From the IMG/VR virus record IMGVR_UViG_3300023266_000004, positions 1-38,153 of that record: a stretch of 38,153 nt of DNA. One strand, given 5' to 3'. This stretch comes from a virus (lineage: Duplodnaviria; Caudoviricetes). Numbering within the stretch: the stretch's first letter is position 1; each line of letters opens with the position of its first letter. The translations under genes were made by a program, and so were the position numbers. Below, one piece after another: positions 15,898 to 23,932 of this stretch. The notes under the pieces are model-generated. The model did not search any database. It was not told the DNA's origin and saw only the letters and a program-made list of their open reading frames with translations.

Positions 15898-16091
15898 GGT
15901 TCCTCCTCGCTTCGCTGGTCGGTGCCCTCCATAGCCTCGCTAAGCTCGAGCGGCCGCAGCTCCTGGCCATTCACGCCCCAACACCATTCGCACCGGGTGC
16001 ACCCCAGCTCGGGCCCGGAGCCGATGTCGTAGGGCCGGCGGGCCTCGACGTGCCCGCAGCACGGGCAGGCGGAGGTGACGGGCTCGGTCAC
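15894..16091 (-). CDS. Small zinc-ribbon protein
   Basis: CPCCG...CTRCEWCW; GTGA overlaps at both ends. Confidence 0.55.
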   Translation of the reverse strand: MTEPVTSACPCCGHVEARRPYDIGSGPELGCTRCEWCWGVNGQELRPLELSEAMEGTDQRSEEEP

Positions 16092-16369
16092 GCCTCGTCG
16101 CTTCCTGGGGGCGTCAACAGAAAATGCATCGGCGGGACGAATGGTTGACCGGTATCGCCGTCGTAGGCAGCGAAGATGACGATGGCGGCCCGGTCGCCGG
16201 CGGCCCGTGACGCGACCATGGCGGCTTCGATGGCCGCCGCAGCGACGCTGACCTCGTAGCCGAGGGACTGCTCGAGGAGAAGCGCACCGTGGTCGTCGTA
16301 GAGCTGCACGATGAGTCCACCGGGGTTGCGGTCGGGCTCGATGCACTCGGGCCAGGGCTCGGCGCTCAT
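16088..16369 (-). CDS. Hypothetical protein
   Basis: TGATG-coupled ORF starting MSAEPWPEC. Confidence 0.6.
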   Translation of the reverse strand: MSAEPWPECIEPDRNPGGLIVQLYDDHGALLLEQSLGYEVSVAAAAIEAAMVASRAAGDRAAIVIFAAYDGDTGQPFVPPMHFLLTPPGSDEA

Positions 16370-17022
16370 CAGTTCGTCCCATGGTCGCAATGCTTCGCCT
16401 TGCGGCCCGACCCGCACGGGCACGGCGCGTTGCGCGGCGCCGGCTTCTCGACGAACAGCCCAACCGCGTCCACGCCCGGCAGTGTCACCAGACTGGCCGC
16501 CAGTTCTCGGTGCTCGACCTGCTCGGCGTCGGCCACGCGTTCGGCGTAGCCAAGGCGGGCGGCGTCCTCCAACCGACCGCTGGCGGCATCGGCCTGCCTC
16601 TCGTCGCCCCAGACCACGGAGCGTCCGTCGTAGTGATAGGCGACCGCCGTCAACGTCGTGGGGCCTTGAATGGGGAACATGGCGAGCACCAAGCCCTCAA
16701 CCACTGCCGGGTCCCCGGCAGCGAAGCGCTCGGCCAGCTCGCCACGGCGGAGCGTGTCACCCGAGTCGCACGAGGGGACGGTGTACCCCTCCGTGACCAG
16801 CACCGCGAGATCGCATCGACTGAAGGCCAATGCGGCAGCGATGACCGGCGCGTGGTCGACACCGTCGCCGGACATGTGAACCGTCATCCACGGCTTGGCG
16901 TCGATCCACAGCTCGAGGCAGGGCATCAGATCCTCGCCGACGCCGTCGCGCTTGACGATCTCCTCTTTCATCATCTTGGCCCGCCGGACCGCTGCGGTGA
17001 AGATGTCCAGATCGGCAGTCAT
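16369..17022 (-). CDS. SEC-C motif-containing protein
   Basis: C-terminal PRNAPCPCGSGRKAKHC. Confidence 0.8.
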   Translation of the reverse strand: MTADLDIFTAAVRRAKMMKEEIVKRDGVGEDLMPCLELWIDAKPWMTVHMSGDGVDHAPVIAAALAFSRCDLAVLVTEGYTVPSCDSGDTLRRGELAERFAAGDPAVVEGLVLAMFPIQGPTTLTAVAYHYDGRSVVWGDERQADAASGRLEDAARLGYAERVADAEQVEHRELAASLVTLPGVDAVGLFVEKPAPRNAPCPCGSGRKAKHCDHGTN

Positions 17023-17369
17023 CGGTCGCCGTTCTCCGTGTCGCCGCCCATATCCTCGCCTCTGTCAAGTGCGGCCACTGCCCCGAGGATCGCATCGGCC
17101 AGGGTCTCGGCGCCGGGATAGAAGGTGCCTGCTCGGATCGGCACCCGGTAAGGACGCAGCGGCTCGACGGCCGCCCGCAGCTGGGTCAGCTCAGCGATGA
17201 CGGCGGCGAGCTGACCACGTAGCTCGCCTTCGCCGTCGGCGAGCTTGTCGAGCAGTCTGTCCGCCTCGATCGCCTGTCGCTTGATCTCGCCCTCGGCGTC
17301 ACGCATTCCCATCGCATAGCCGTCCGCTCGACCACGCAGGTACTCGTGTCCGAGCTCCCGGTCGCTCAC
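17019..17369 (-). CDS. Hypothetical coiled-coil protein
   Basis: GTGA-coupled ORF with a helical central region. Confidence 0.55.
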   Translation of the reverse strand: MSDRELGHEYLRGRADGYAMGMRDAEGEIKRQAIEADRLLDKLADGEGELRGQLAAVIAELTQLRAAVEPLRPYRVPIRAGTFYPGAETLADAILGAVAALDRGEDMGGDTENGDR

Positions 17370-17653
17370 GTCACGACCCGCCAGCGCCACCGGGCCCGGG
17401 GCCCCTCGAGCTCGACCGGCCCGTCGGCCAGCTCAGCGAGGACGGGCAGGGTGCTGATCGGTTGGTCGGTGCCGGTGCGGTCGATCCACAGGCGAGCCCG
17501 CCCGTTCCACCAGCCGGCGACGACGACAACCTCCTGGCCATCCACCACGGCGACCGCCGAGCTGGGCTCGGCGCCGAGGTAGACCATCTTGCTCACTCGC
17601 CACCGCTGGTCGCCCTCGTGCAGGCGGTACAGGACCTGTATCACGGTCGTCAC
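17366..17653 (-). CDS. Hypothetical protein
   Basis: GTGA-coupled to the XRE gene; beta-rich sequence. Confidence 0.55.
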   Translation of the reverse strand: MTTVIQVLYRLHEGDQRWRVSKMVYLGAEPSSAVAVVDGQEVVVVAGWWNGRARLWIDRTGTDQPISTLPVLAELADGPVELEGPRARWRWRVVT

Positions 17654-17892
17654 TCGTGGAACCCCCAGATGTCGCCGGGCCCGACGCCGAGGCTGTCGGC
17701 GACGGCGTACATGCGGGCCACGCTCGGGAGCAAGCCGCCCTCCCAACTGGTGACGACGTGGACCGGCACACCGTGGAGCTCGGCCAGCTGGAATGCGGTC
17801 AGGCCCGTGGCCATCCGGGCGTCGGCCAGGCGCTGGCCGCAGGCGACTCGGTGCGCGTTCGCCAGGGTCTTCCAGACCGAAAGGTCGGCCAT
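17650..17892 (-). CDS. XRE/Cro-CI family HTH regulator
   Basis: GQRLADARMATGLTAFQLAELHGV...VTSWEGGLLPS...ADSLGV; GGAGG RBS. Confidence 0.85.
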   Translation of the reverse strand: MADLSVWKTLANAHRVACGQRLADARMATGLTAFQLAELHGVPVHVVTSWEGGLLPSVARMYAVADSLGVGPGDIWGFHE

Positions 17893-17969
17893 CTCGTCCT
17901 CCAACGCGGTGCTGGTCGTTGCAGTGCCCGATCGTAGCCACGGCGTGGGCAACCGACCGCGGATCCCGC

Positions 17970-18011
17970 AGCGCCCCCGACCCGGACCAGCACGTACGGG
18001 GCGGGGGCGCT
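17970..18011. terminator. GC-rich hairpin at the late/accessory module boundary
   Basis: AGCGCCCCCG...CGGGGGCGCT arms with an inner CCCG/CGGG extension; no U-tract. Confidence 0.45.
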
Positions 18012-18112
18012 ATCCGGGCCGAGCGAGACGGAACAGAGCCGCCTGGAGCGACATCGCCGACGGGGCCTGAGGACCGCCGGCTTGGACCCGGACCAGGGCC
18101 GAGCCTAGCGAC

Positions 18113-18673
18113 TCAGGTCCACGCCCCGATGGCGATGACGATGGTGATGGCGGCGGCGATGAGCCCACCGACGGCGAAGAACAGCGCACCGCTCGCCGAG
18201 TAGCCGCCGGAGCGGCCCTCGGTCTTGTCGATCCGGCTGGCCAACTGGTCGACCTCTTGGTTGATCCGGTCCATGCGCTCGCCGATCGACGTGGCGGCGG
18301 TTTCCATGCGGGCGGCGAGCGAGTCGATCCGGTTGTCCGCCTCGGCCCGGGGCATGAGCGTGGAGATCATCGAATCCAACTGCCCCCTGAACTCGTTCAT
18401 CGATTTGAAGCGCTGTTCGGCGGCCATCTCGGCCTTGGTTGTGGCCCTGTCGGCGGCGATGAACGTGGCCTGCGTGCTCTTCTCCACGGCCAGGAGAGCG
18501 TCGGCCAGGGCCTTCTCCTGGGCCTGGAAACGCTGCTCGTCACGCAGGTTCTTCTCGCTCATGAGCGACTCGACACGGTGGCTGCGTTCGGCCAGGAGTC
18601 GCTCGAGGTGGACCCGCAGCGTCTCGGTCGTCCACACGGCCGGCGGTTCCTCGAGGCGGCGACGAAAGGTCAT
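18113..18673 (-). CDS. Coiled-coil protein with C-terminal transmembrane helix
   Basis: Heptad-rich body and a hydrophobic C-terminus (LFFAVGGLIAAAITIVIAIGAW). Confidence 0.7.
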   Translation of the reverse strand: MTFRRRLEEPPAVWTTETLRVHLERLLAERSHRVESLMSEKNLRDEQRFQAQEKALADALLAVEKSTQATFIAADRATTKAEMAAEQRFKSMNEFRGQLDSMISTLMPRAEADNRIDSLAARMETAATSIGERMDRINQEVDQLASRIDKTEGRSGGYSASGALFFAVGGLIAAAITIVIAIGAWT

Positions 18674-20574
18674 GAGCCGGTCACGGTCCAGCCCTTGGCA
18701 GTGGCGATCGACGGGGTGTCGGTAGCGGTGCCCCAGGCGCCGGTGACGGTGACGGTCTGAGCGGTAACGCCGGAGGCGAGATTCGCGTAGATCTCGTCGA
18801 GAGCGACCGGCCCGAGCGACTTGCTGGCGTAGTCGATCGAGATCTTGGTGTTGGTCACCTTGGACCGCTGCATCTGCAGGCAGCTACCGAACATCGTGGT
18901 GAGCGTCGTCGCTGCGGTGAGGTTCATCGCCGGAGCGATGCGCAGATTGGAGCAGCCGCTGAACATCGACGTGAACGTGGTGCCGGCCGAGGTCGTGGGC
19001 GCCGGCAGCGTGGAGAGCGTCGTACAACTCTGGAACATGGACGTGAACGTGACGCCAGCGCCCGAAGCGAAGGCGGGCACGTCGCGCAGTGTCGTGCAGC
19101 TCTGGAACATGGTCGTGAAGGTGACGCCGGCGGAGACGTCGAAAGCCGGAACGGTTCTCAGGGCCGTGCAAGTGCCGAACATCAGCGTGAAGTTCTGTCC
19201 GAGGTGCGTGTCGAAGAGCGGCACGGTCGCGAGTGTCGTGCAGCCACTGAACATCGACGTGAAGTTAGTGCCTTTGGAGGTGTCGATGAGCGCCACGGAA
19301 CGCAACTGGGTGCAGCCGCTGAACATCGACGTGAAGTTGGTGCCGGCTCTCGTGTCGAGCAGCGGGATGGCCCGCAGTTGCGAACAACCGGAGAACATCG
19401 TCGTGAAGTTGGTGCCGAGACGCATGTCATAGGCGGGGACGACCTGCAGTTGGGTGCAGCTCTGGAACATCGACGTGAAGTCGGTGCCTTTGCTGAGATC
19501 GAAGGCGGGTGCTGTGCGCAGTGCGGTGCAGCCGGCCAACATCGAATTGAAGGTGAGGCCGTTGGCCGTGTTCAAGGGCGGCACGGCGGTGAGGGACAGG
19601 CACGACGTGAACATCCCGTTGAACGCGGTACCGAGGTGCGTGTCGATGAGCGGGAACTCACGGAGCATCGGACAGAAACTGAACATCGACGTGAAGTTGG
19701 TGCCTTTGGCCGTGTCGAGGAGGGGCACGGTTTCGAGAGCGCCACAAGTGTTGAACATGAACGAGAAGGTGGTGCCGTTGCTCGTGTTGAGGGCCGGCGC
19801 CGAGCGCAGTGACACGCAGCCGACGAACATCTGCGTGAAGTTGGTGCCGGCCGAGGTGTCGAGTAGCGGCACCGATTTCAGCGCCACGCAGCCTTGGAAC
19901 ATGGCCGTGAAATCGGTGACGGAGTGCGTGTCGAGCAGCGGCACGGTCTGGAGCGATACGCATCCGAGGAACATGTTCGTGACTGCGTTCACCGATGCCG
20001 TCCAGGCGGTCCCGACGATCTGCTGCAGCGAGAAGCAACCGTTGAAGGTGTAGGTGAGGCTGGTGAGGGCGCTGGGTCCGACGTACTCGAAACGTTCCAG
20101 CAGCTGGGGGTTCCTACTCGGAACGCTGTTGCTGATCGTGAGGGTCGCGATCGAGCTGCCGGCCATCACGATCTCCAGCCAGGGCTGCCGATCGCTGGCC
20201 AGGTTCGTTTGACTGTTCTTGACGTTGAGGTTGACGGTGGTGAGGTTCTGCCCGGCTTGCGGGGTGATCGTCATGACCGCCGTCTTGTAGCCCCGTGTCG
20301 AGACCGAACCGCCGACCGCCGAGTAGGTGTACTTATGATTGGCCTGCACGCCGGTCGCCACGTTCTCCGGTGCGGTGCCATCCCCCCAGTCGACCGTGTA
20401 GGCGCCCGCACAGTTGACGGCGCAGAAGGTCGAGTCGGCGTCCCAGACGCCCACGAGCACGCACACCTTCTGGTCGCCGACACTGACCGCCGGCATGGCC
20501 GTCCAGTCGGAGGGCCGGACGTAGGCGTCGGGCGTGTCGTTGGGGGCGCCGCTGAGGGTCCCGGGATAAGTCAT
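18670..20574 (-). CDS. BspA/DUF285-type leucine-rich repeat protein, probably virion-associated
   Basis: 17 repeats of ~24 aa ([24 protein letters not shown]); N-terminal YTVDWGDG (PKD-like); C-terminal cap IATAKGWTV; no signal peptide. Confidence 0.85.
   Translation of the reverse strand: MTYPGTLSGAPNDTPDAYVRPSDWTAMPAVSVGDQKVCVLVGVWDADSTFCAVNCAGAYTVDWGDGTAPENVATGVQANHKYTYSAVGGSVSTRGYKTAVMTITPQAGQNLTTVNLNVKNSQTNLASDRQPWLEIVMAGSSIATLTISNSVPSRNPQLLERFEYVGPSALTSLTYTFNGCFSLQQIVGTAWTASVNAVTNMFLGCVSLQTVPLLDTHSVTDFTAMFQGCVALKSVPLLDTSAGTNFTQMFVGCVSLRSAPALNTSNGTTFSFMFNTCGALETVPLLDTAKGTNFTSMFSFCPMLREFPLIDTHLGTAFNGMFTSCLSLTAVPPLNTANGLTFNSMLAGCTALRTAPAFDLSKGTDFTSMFQSCTQLQVVPAYDMRLGTNFTTMFSGCSQLRAIPLLDTRAGTNFTSMFSGCTQLRSVALIDTSKGTNFTSMFSGCTTLATVPLFDTHLGQNFTLMFGTCTALRTVPAFDVSAGVTFTTMFQSCTTLRDVPAFASGAGVTFTSMFQSCTTLSTLPAPTTSAGTTFTSMFSGCSNLRIAPAMNLTAATTLTTMFGSCLQMQRSKVTNTKISIDYASKSLGPVALDEIYANLASGVTAQTVTVTGAWGTATDTPSIATAKGWTVTGS
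18880..20060 (-). repeat. Degenerate 72-nt tandem coding repeat
   Basis: GAACATCGACGTGAAGTTGGTGCC-like units recur at 72-nt spacing on the plus strand. Boundaries are approximate. Confidence 0.8.
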
Positions 20575-21491
20575 ACGATCCCCCAGTTGGCGCCGTCGGA
20601 GCGGACCGTAATGGACTGGTAGCTGGCGGTCAGCGTCTTGGTGGCGACACCGTCGATGGTCTCCGAGCCGTTCGGGTCGAGGGTGATGTTGTTGGTGGGG
20701 GCGGTGCCCTTCCAGTCCTTCACCTCATAGGCCCGCCCGGCGATGCCCACGGCCGTCGGCAGCGAGATGACGACCGCTCCGCCAGTGGAGTCCACGTAGA
20801 TCGAATAGTCGCTGCCGGTGGCGGTGTAGTTCGCCGTCTTCGTCGCTAGCGGTGCCGTCGTCGTACTGCCCGGAGCCCCAGTTGCACCCGTTGGACCGGT
20901 GGCCCCAGTTGCTCCCGTCGCGCCTGCTGCGCCCGTCGGTCCAGGCACGGTCGAGGCGGCGCCGGTGGGGCCTGTGGCACCCGTCGTGCCTGCTGGCCCG
21001 GTCGCTCCAGTGGGCCCGGGGACAGTTGAGTCAGCGCCAGCTGCGCCGCTTGGTCCGGGCACGGTCGAGTCGGCGCCAGCCGGGCCAGTGGCGCCGGTCG
21101 TTCCCATCGGACCGGCGGGTCCCGGCACCGTCGAGGCGGCGCCAATAGGGCCGGTCAATCCAGTCGCTCCCGTGGCGCCGGCTGGGCCAGTCGGACCGGG
21201 CACCGTCGAGGCGGCGCCCGTCGGGCCAGCCGGTCCGGTTTCACCGACCGGTCCGAGGTCGCCGGTAGCTCCGGTTTCACCGACCTCGCCCTGCTCACCG
21301 GTCTCACCCTGCTCGCCAGCCGGGCCGACCTCACCGGCGGGGCCACGCACGCCGGCGGTGCCGGTGGAGACGATGGTGACGGGCGCCGCCGGGTTGGAGA
21401 CGATGACCAGGTCGTCGTCGTTGTCGTTGAGCGTGAAGGCGACGGCGGGCGCTGCGGGATCGCCCCGGATCGTGAAAGCGGACGAGCTCAC
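20571..21491 (-). CDS. Collagen-like (Gly-X-Y) fibre protein
   Basis: Long G-X-Y tract interrupted by repeated STVPGP; C-terminal beta domain ending SDGANW. Confidence 0.85.
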   Translation of the reverse strand: MSSSAFTIRGDPAAPAVAFTLNDNDDDLVIVSNPAAPVTIVSTGTAGVRGPAGEVGPAGEQGETGEQGEVGETGATGDLGPVGETGPAGPTGAASTVPGPTGPAGATGATGLTGPIGAASTVPGPAGPMGTTGATGPAGADSTVPGPSGAAGADSTVPGPTGATGPAGTTGATGPTGAASTVPGPTGAAGATGATGATGPTGATGAPGSTTTAPLATKTANYTATGSDYSIYVDSTGGAVVISLPTAVGIAGRAYEVKDWKGTAPTNNITLDPNGSETIDGVATKTLTASYQSITVRSDGANWGIV

Positions 21492-21892
21492 GGCTCGTCC
21501 TCGGTGTACGAAGCGTCTTTGTCAACCCGCATGTGGTCGATGATCAGCCACGTCTTCTTCACCGGCGTCAGCTGCTCGATGTCAGAGACATACCTGGTCT
21601 TCCATTTGGCGGTCTCTTCGGGCGGCCAGTGGCAGAGGAGTACGCACGGCGTATCGCTGGGATCGTCGTCAAACATGTCGCCCATCTCGGCCGGAGCGGC
21701 GACGGAGAACTCGGTGCAGGCCGAGATGAGCGGGCCATCGAAGCGAGCCCGCACGTGGCTGCGGAACGTCCAGTCGGTGATGTCGTGGTCGGTGCCGTCG
21801 GGACCCTGGAAGCGGAACACGAACGTCTCGGTATCGCCCCGCACGATCGCCTCGGCGTCGGGGTCGGGCGGGTAGTCGGTGTGGACCGCCAT
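21488..21892 (-). CDS. BppU-N-like minor tail/baseplate attachment protein
   Basis: IVRGDT..F.F...[12 protein letters not shown]...YVSDIE pattern; sits upstream of the collagen fibre gene. Confidence 0.55.
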   Translation of the reverse strand: MAVHTDYPPDPDAEAIVRGDTETFVFRFQGPDGTDHDITDWTFRSHVRARFDGPLISACTEFSVAAPAEMGDMFDDDPSDTPCVLLCHWPPEETAKWKTRYVSDIEQLTPVKKTWLIIDHMRVDKDASYTEDEP

Positions 21893-22122
21893 CAGCCGGT
21901 CGCCTTGAGTGCGGCGACGGTGGCGGGCGCCCACGCCCTCGAGCGGATGAACGAGCCGGCGAAGGCGGAGCACGCCGTGACGAAGGCGACGAGCGCGGTG
22001 GCCTGGCCGGCGGTGAGCGCCCAGTCGAAGGCGGCGGCGAGGATGATGGCGGCGTCGAGCACCGCCGTCAGTCCGGCGACGCCGATGGCGACGGGTTCAC
22101 GGTCGATCAGTGGTGCGGCCAT
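21892..22122 (-). CDS. Putative holin
   Basis: 76 aa with two hydrophobic helices; REPV...RSRAW pattern; directly follows the endolysin; GGAGG RBS. Confidence 0.75.
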   Translation of the reverse strand: MAAPLIDREPVAIGVAGLTAVLDAAIILAAAFDWALTAGQATALVAFVTACSAFAGSFIRSRAWAPATVAALKATG

Positions 22123-22136
22123 GGGTTCCTCCTAGG

Positions 22137-23300
22137 TCAGGTGACGGGCGCCGTCCAGGCGGCCGCCCAGCTCTGTGGGCCAACGACGCCGTCAACGGTC
22201 AGGCCCTTCTCGGCCTGGAACGTCTTGCAGGCGGCGAGGGACTCGAGGCCGTAGAGGCCGTCGACGTCGAGGTGCCAGCCCCGGCCGGCCATTTGCTGTT
22301 GCCACTGGCGGATGTCGTCGCCCTGCATCCTCGGATCGGCCAGCAACAGGAAGCGGCCCGGCCAGTCGGGCACGCCCGAGCCGGGCGCCGGCGGGGGCGG
22401 CGGGACGGGGCCGGGCGTGAGAGCGGCGTAGGCGGCGCTCATCGCCTGACTGGACCGTGGCCCCCAGATGCCGTCGGGTTCCAGTCCCTTATCGGCCTGG
22501 AAGGCCCGCACGGCGGCGTCGGTGGCGGGCCCGAAGTCGCTGTCGACTACGAGGTCGTAGCCCAGTCCGGCGAGGCACTGCTGAATGAACTCGACGATGC
22601 CACCGGCCATGCCCTGGCGCATCATGCCGACCTGCACGGAACCGGTCGCACCGGCCGTAGAAGGTCGTGGCGGCGGCGAGGTGTAGCCGGTGCCGGCGAG
22701 GATGTCCCGGGTCATGGCGGCGACCTTGAGGGTGTCCATCCGCCCGGTGTCCCAATGGTCGTTGAACGGGGTCTCGATGTGGCCGGTGATGCCCGGGTAG
22801 GTCTTCCACGTCTGAGCGTCCATTCGTTGCTGGGCGCCCTCAGTGGCGAGGACACCGGTGAAGGTCGTGAAGTCGTTGACGACGCCCGGGTCGATCGGGC
22901 AGCCGTCCCGAATGACATCGGCGATGACATCGGCGATCTGCCAGAGCATCTCGTCGGTCCACTCCGGCGACTCGGCGGCCCGCCCGCAGATCTCCATCTG
23001 CACGGCCCGGCCCCGATTGGTCTGCCAGCCACCGCGCCCGCCCCGCAGGGCGCAGGCGGACCACGTCCAGGGGATGTACTGGATTCGTCGCCCGGTGCCG
23101 GCGGGGTCGATGGCGAAGTGCGGCGCCGAGCACGGCTGGGAGCGGAACAGGGCGTTGATGCCCTCGATCGACCCCGGCGAGCTCTCAGTGCTGTGCAGCA
23201 CGAACTTCCAGGCGTAGCCGTCGTACTGCGTGCCCGGGCCCGTGCAGCCGGTGATGGGCAGGTGCTCGTACTTGCCGGGGTCGAGCCAGCCGGTGCTCAC
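22137..23300 (-). CDS. Endolysin: Amidase_2-like domain plus two peptidoglycan-binding domains
   Basis: VLHSTE, PHF, QMEI and GH...NDHWDTG zinc-amidase motifs; PG_binding_1 repeats (DFGPAT..AVRAFQ..GL..DGIWGP). Confidence 0.9.
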   Translation of the reverse strand: MSTGWLDPGKYEHLPITGCTGPGTQYDGYAWKFVLHSTESSPGSIEGINALFRSQPCSAPHFAIDPAGTGRRIQYIPWTWSACALRGGRGGWQTNRGRAVQMEICGRAAESPEWTDEMLWQIADVIADVIRDGCPIDPGVVNDFTTFTGVLATEGAQQRMDAQTWKTYPGITGHIETPFNDHWDTGRMDTLKVAAMTRDILAGTGYTSPPPRPSTAGATGSVQVGMMRQGMAGGIVEFIQQCLAGLGYDLVVDSDFGPATDAAVRAFQADKGLEPDGIWGPRSSQAMSAAYAALTPGPVPPPPPAPGSGVPDWPGRFLLLADPRMQGDDIRQWQQQMAGRGWHLDVDGLYGLESLAACKTFQAEKGLTVDGVVGPQSWAAAWTAPVT

Positions 23301-23383
23301 AGACGGCGCCCCATGAGAATGCCGACCAGCAGCAACAGGGCGATGATGGCGAGGATGATGTTGGTCAAGTCCTGTGGGTCCAC
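23297..23383 (-). CDS. Small single-pass membrane peptide (28 aa)
   Basis: GAAAGGA RBS, GTG start, IILAIIALLLLVGILMGRR; the stop overlaps the endolysin start. Confidence 0.55.
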   Translation of the reverse strand: MDPQDLTNIILAIIALLLLVGILMGRRL

Positions 23384-23442
23384 GGTCGGGGTCCTTTCGT
23401 CGTGACCGGCCAGCCGGAGCGGCTGGTGGTCGAGCGGGCTCG

Positions 23443-23919
23443 TCATGTGCGCACGCCGATAGCCGTCCAGCCGACTCGGGTGTCGGCCTCGATGTAGAGC
23501 GAGCCGTCCGAGACCCGGCGGGCGATGAACCCGAAGCTGGTGGCGAGCTTCTGGGCGTTGATCACGCCGTAAACCAACTGGCTGTCGAAGTCGACGTCCT
23601 GGTCGGTGAGGGTGATCACCGCCGGCGGGAGGGCGAAAGGCGTCGGGAAGGTGACCGAACCGCCGCCGCCGGCCTCGGTGGTGACGACCGACTCGCCGAA
23701 CTGGATGTACGGGGCGACGTCGACCCAGCCCGTGCCGTTGAAGATGCTCACGGCCTCGGGGCGGGTCTCGAGCACCGTCAACTGGCCGATGCCGGGCACC
23801 GGCAGCTGCGAGTTGCGCTCGTCGTTGTCGGCGAACACGGCCACAACTTGATTGGCGATGTAGGCGGTGAAGTCGGCGGCCTGCATTTCCTCGCCAACTG
23901 ACCAAGTTTTCCAAGGCAC
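23443..23919 (-). CDS. Minor tail/tail fibre protein
   Basis: KTWSVGEEMQAAD N-terminus; IQFG...VTFPTPF..PP C-terminal fibre/lectin-like motif; AGAAAGGAG RBS. Confidence 0.75.
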   Translation of the reverse strand: MPWKTWSVGEEMQAADFTAYIANQVVAVFADNDERNSQLPVPGIGQLTVLETRPEAVSIFNGTGWVDVAPYIQFGESVVTTEAGGGGSVTFPTPFALPPAVITLTDQDVDFDSQLVYGVINAQKLATSFGFIARRVSDGSLYIEADTRVGWTAIGVRT

Positions 23920-23932
23920 CGGGCGCTCCTTT

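Noticed and set aside
18880-20060. Regularly spaced repeats as a CRISPR array or DGR template/variable pair
   Set aside because: The repeats are degenerate, in-frame 72-nt coding units. There are no unique spacers, no cas operon and no reverse transcriptase.
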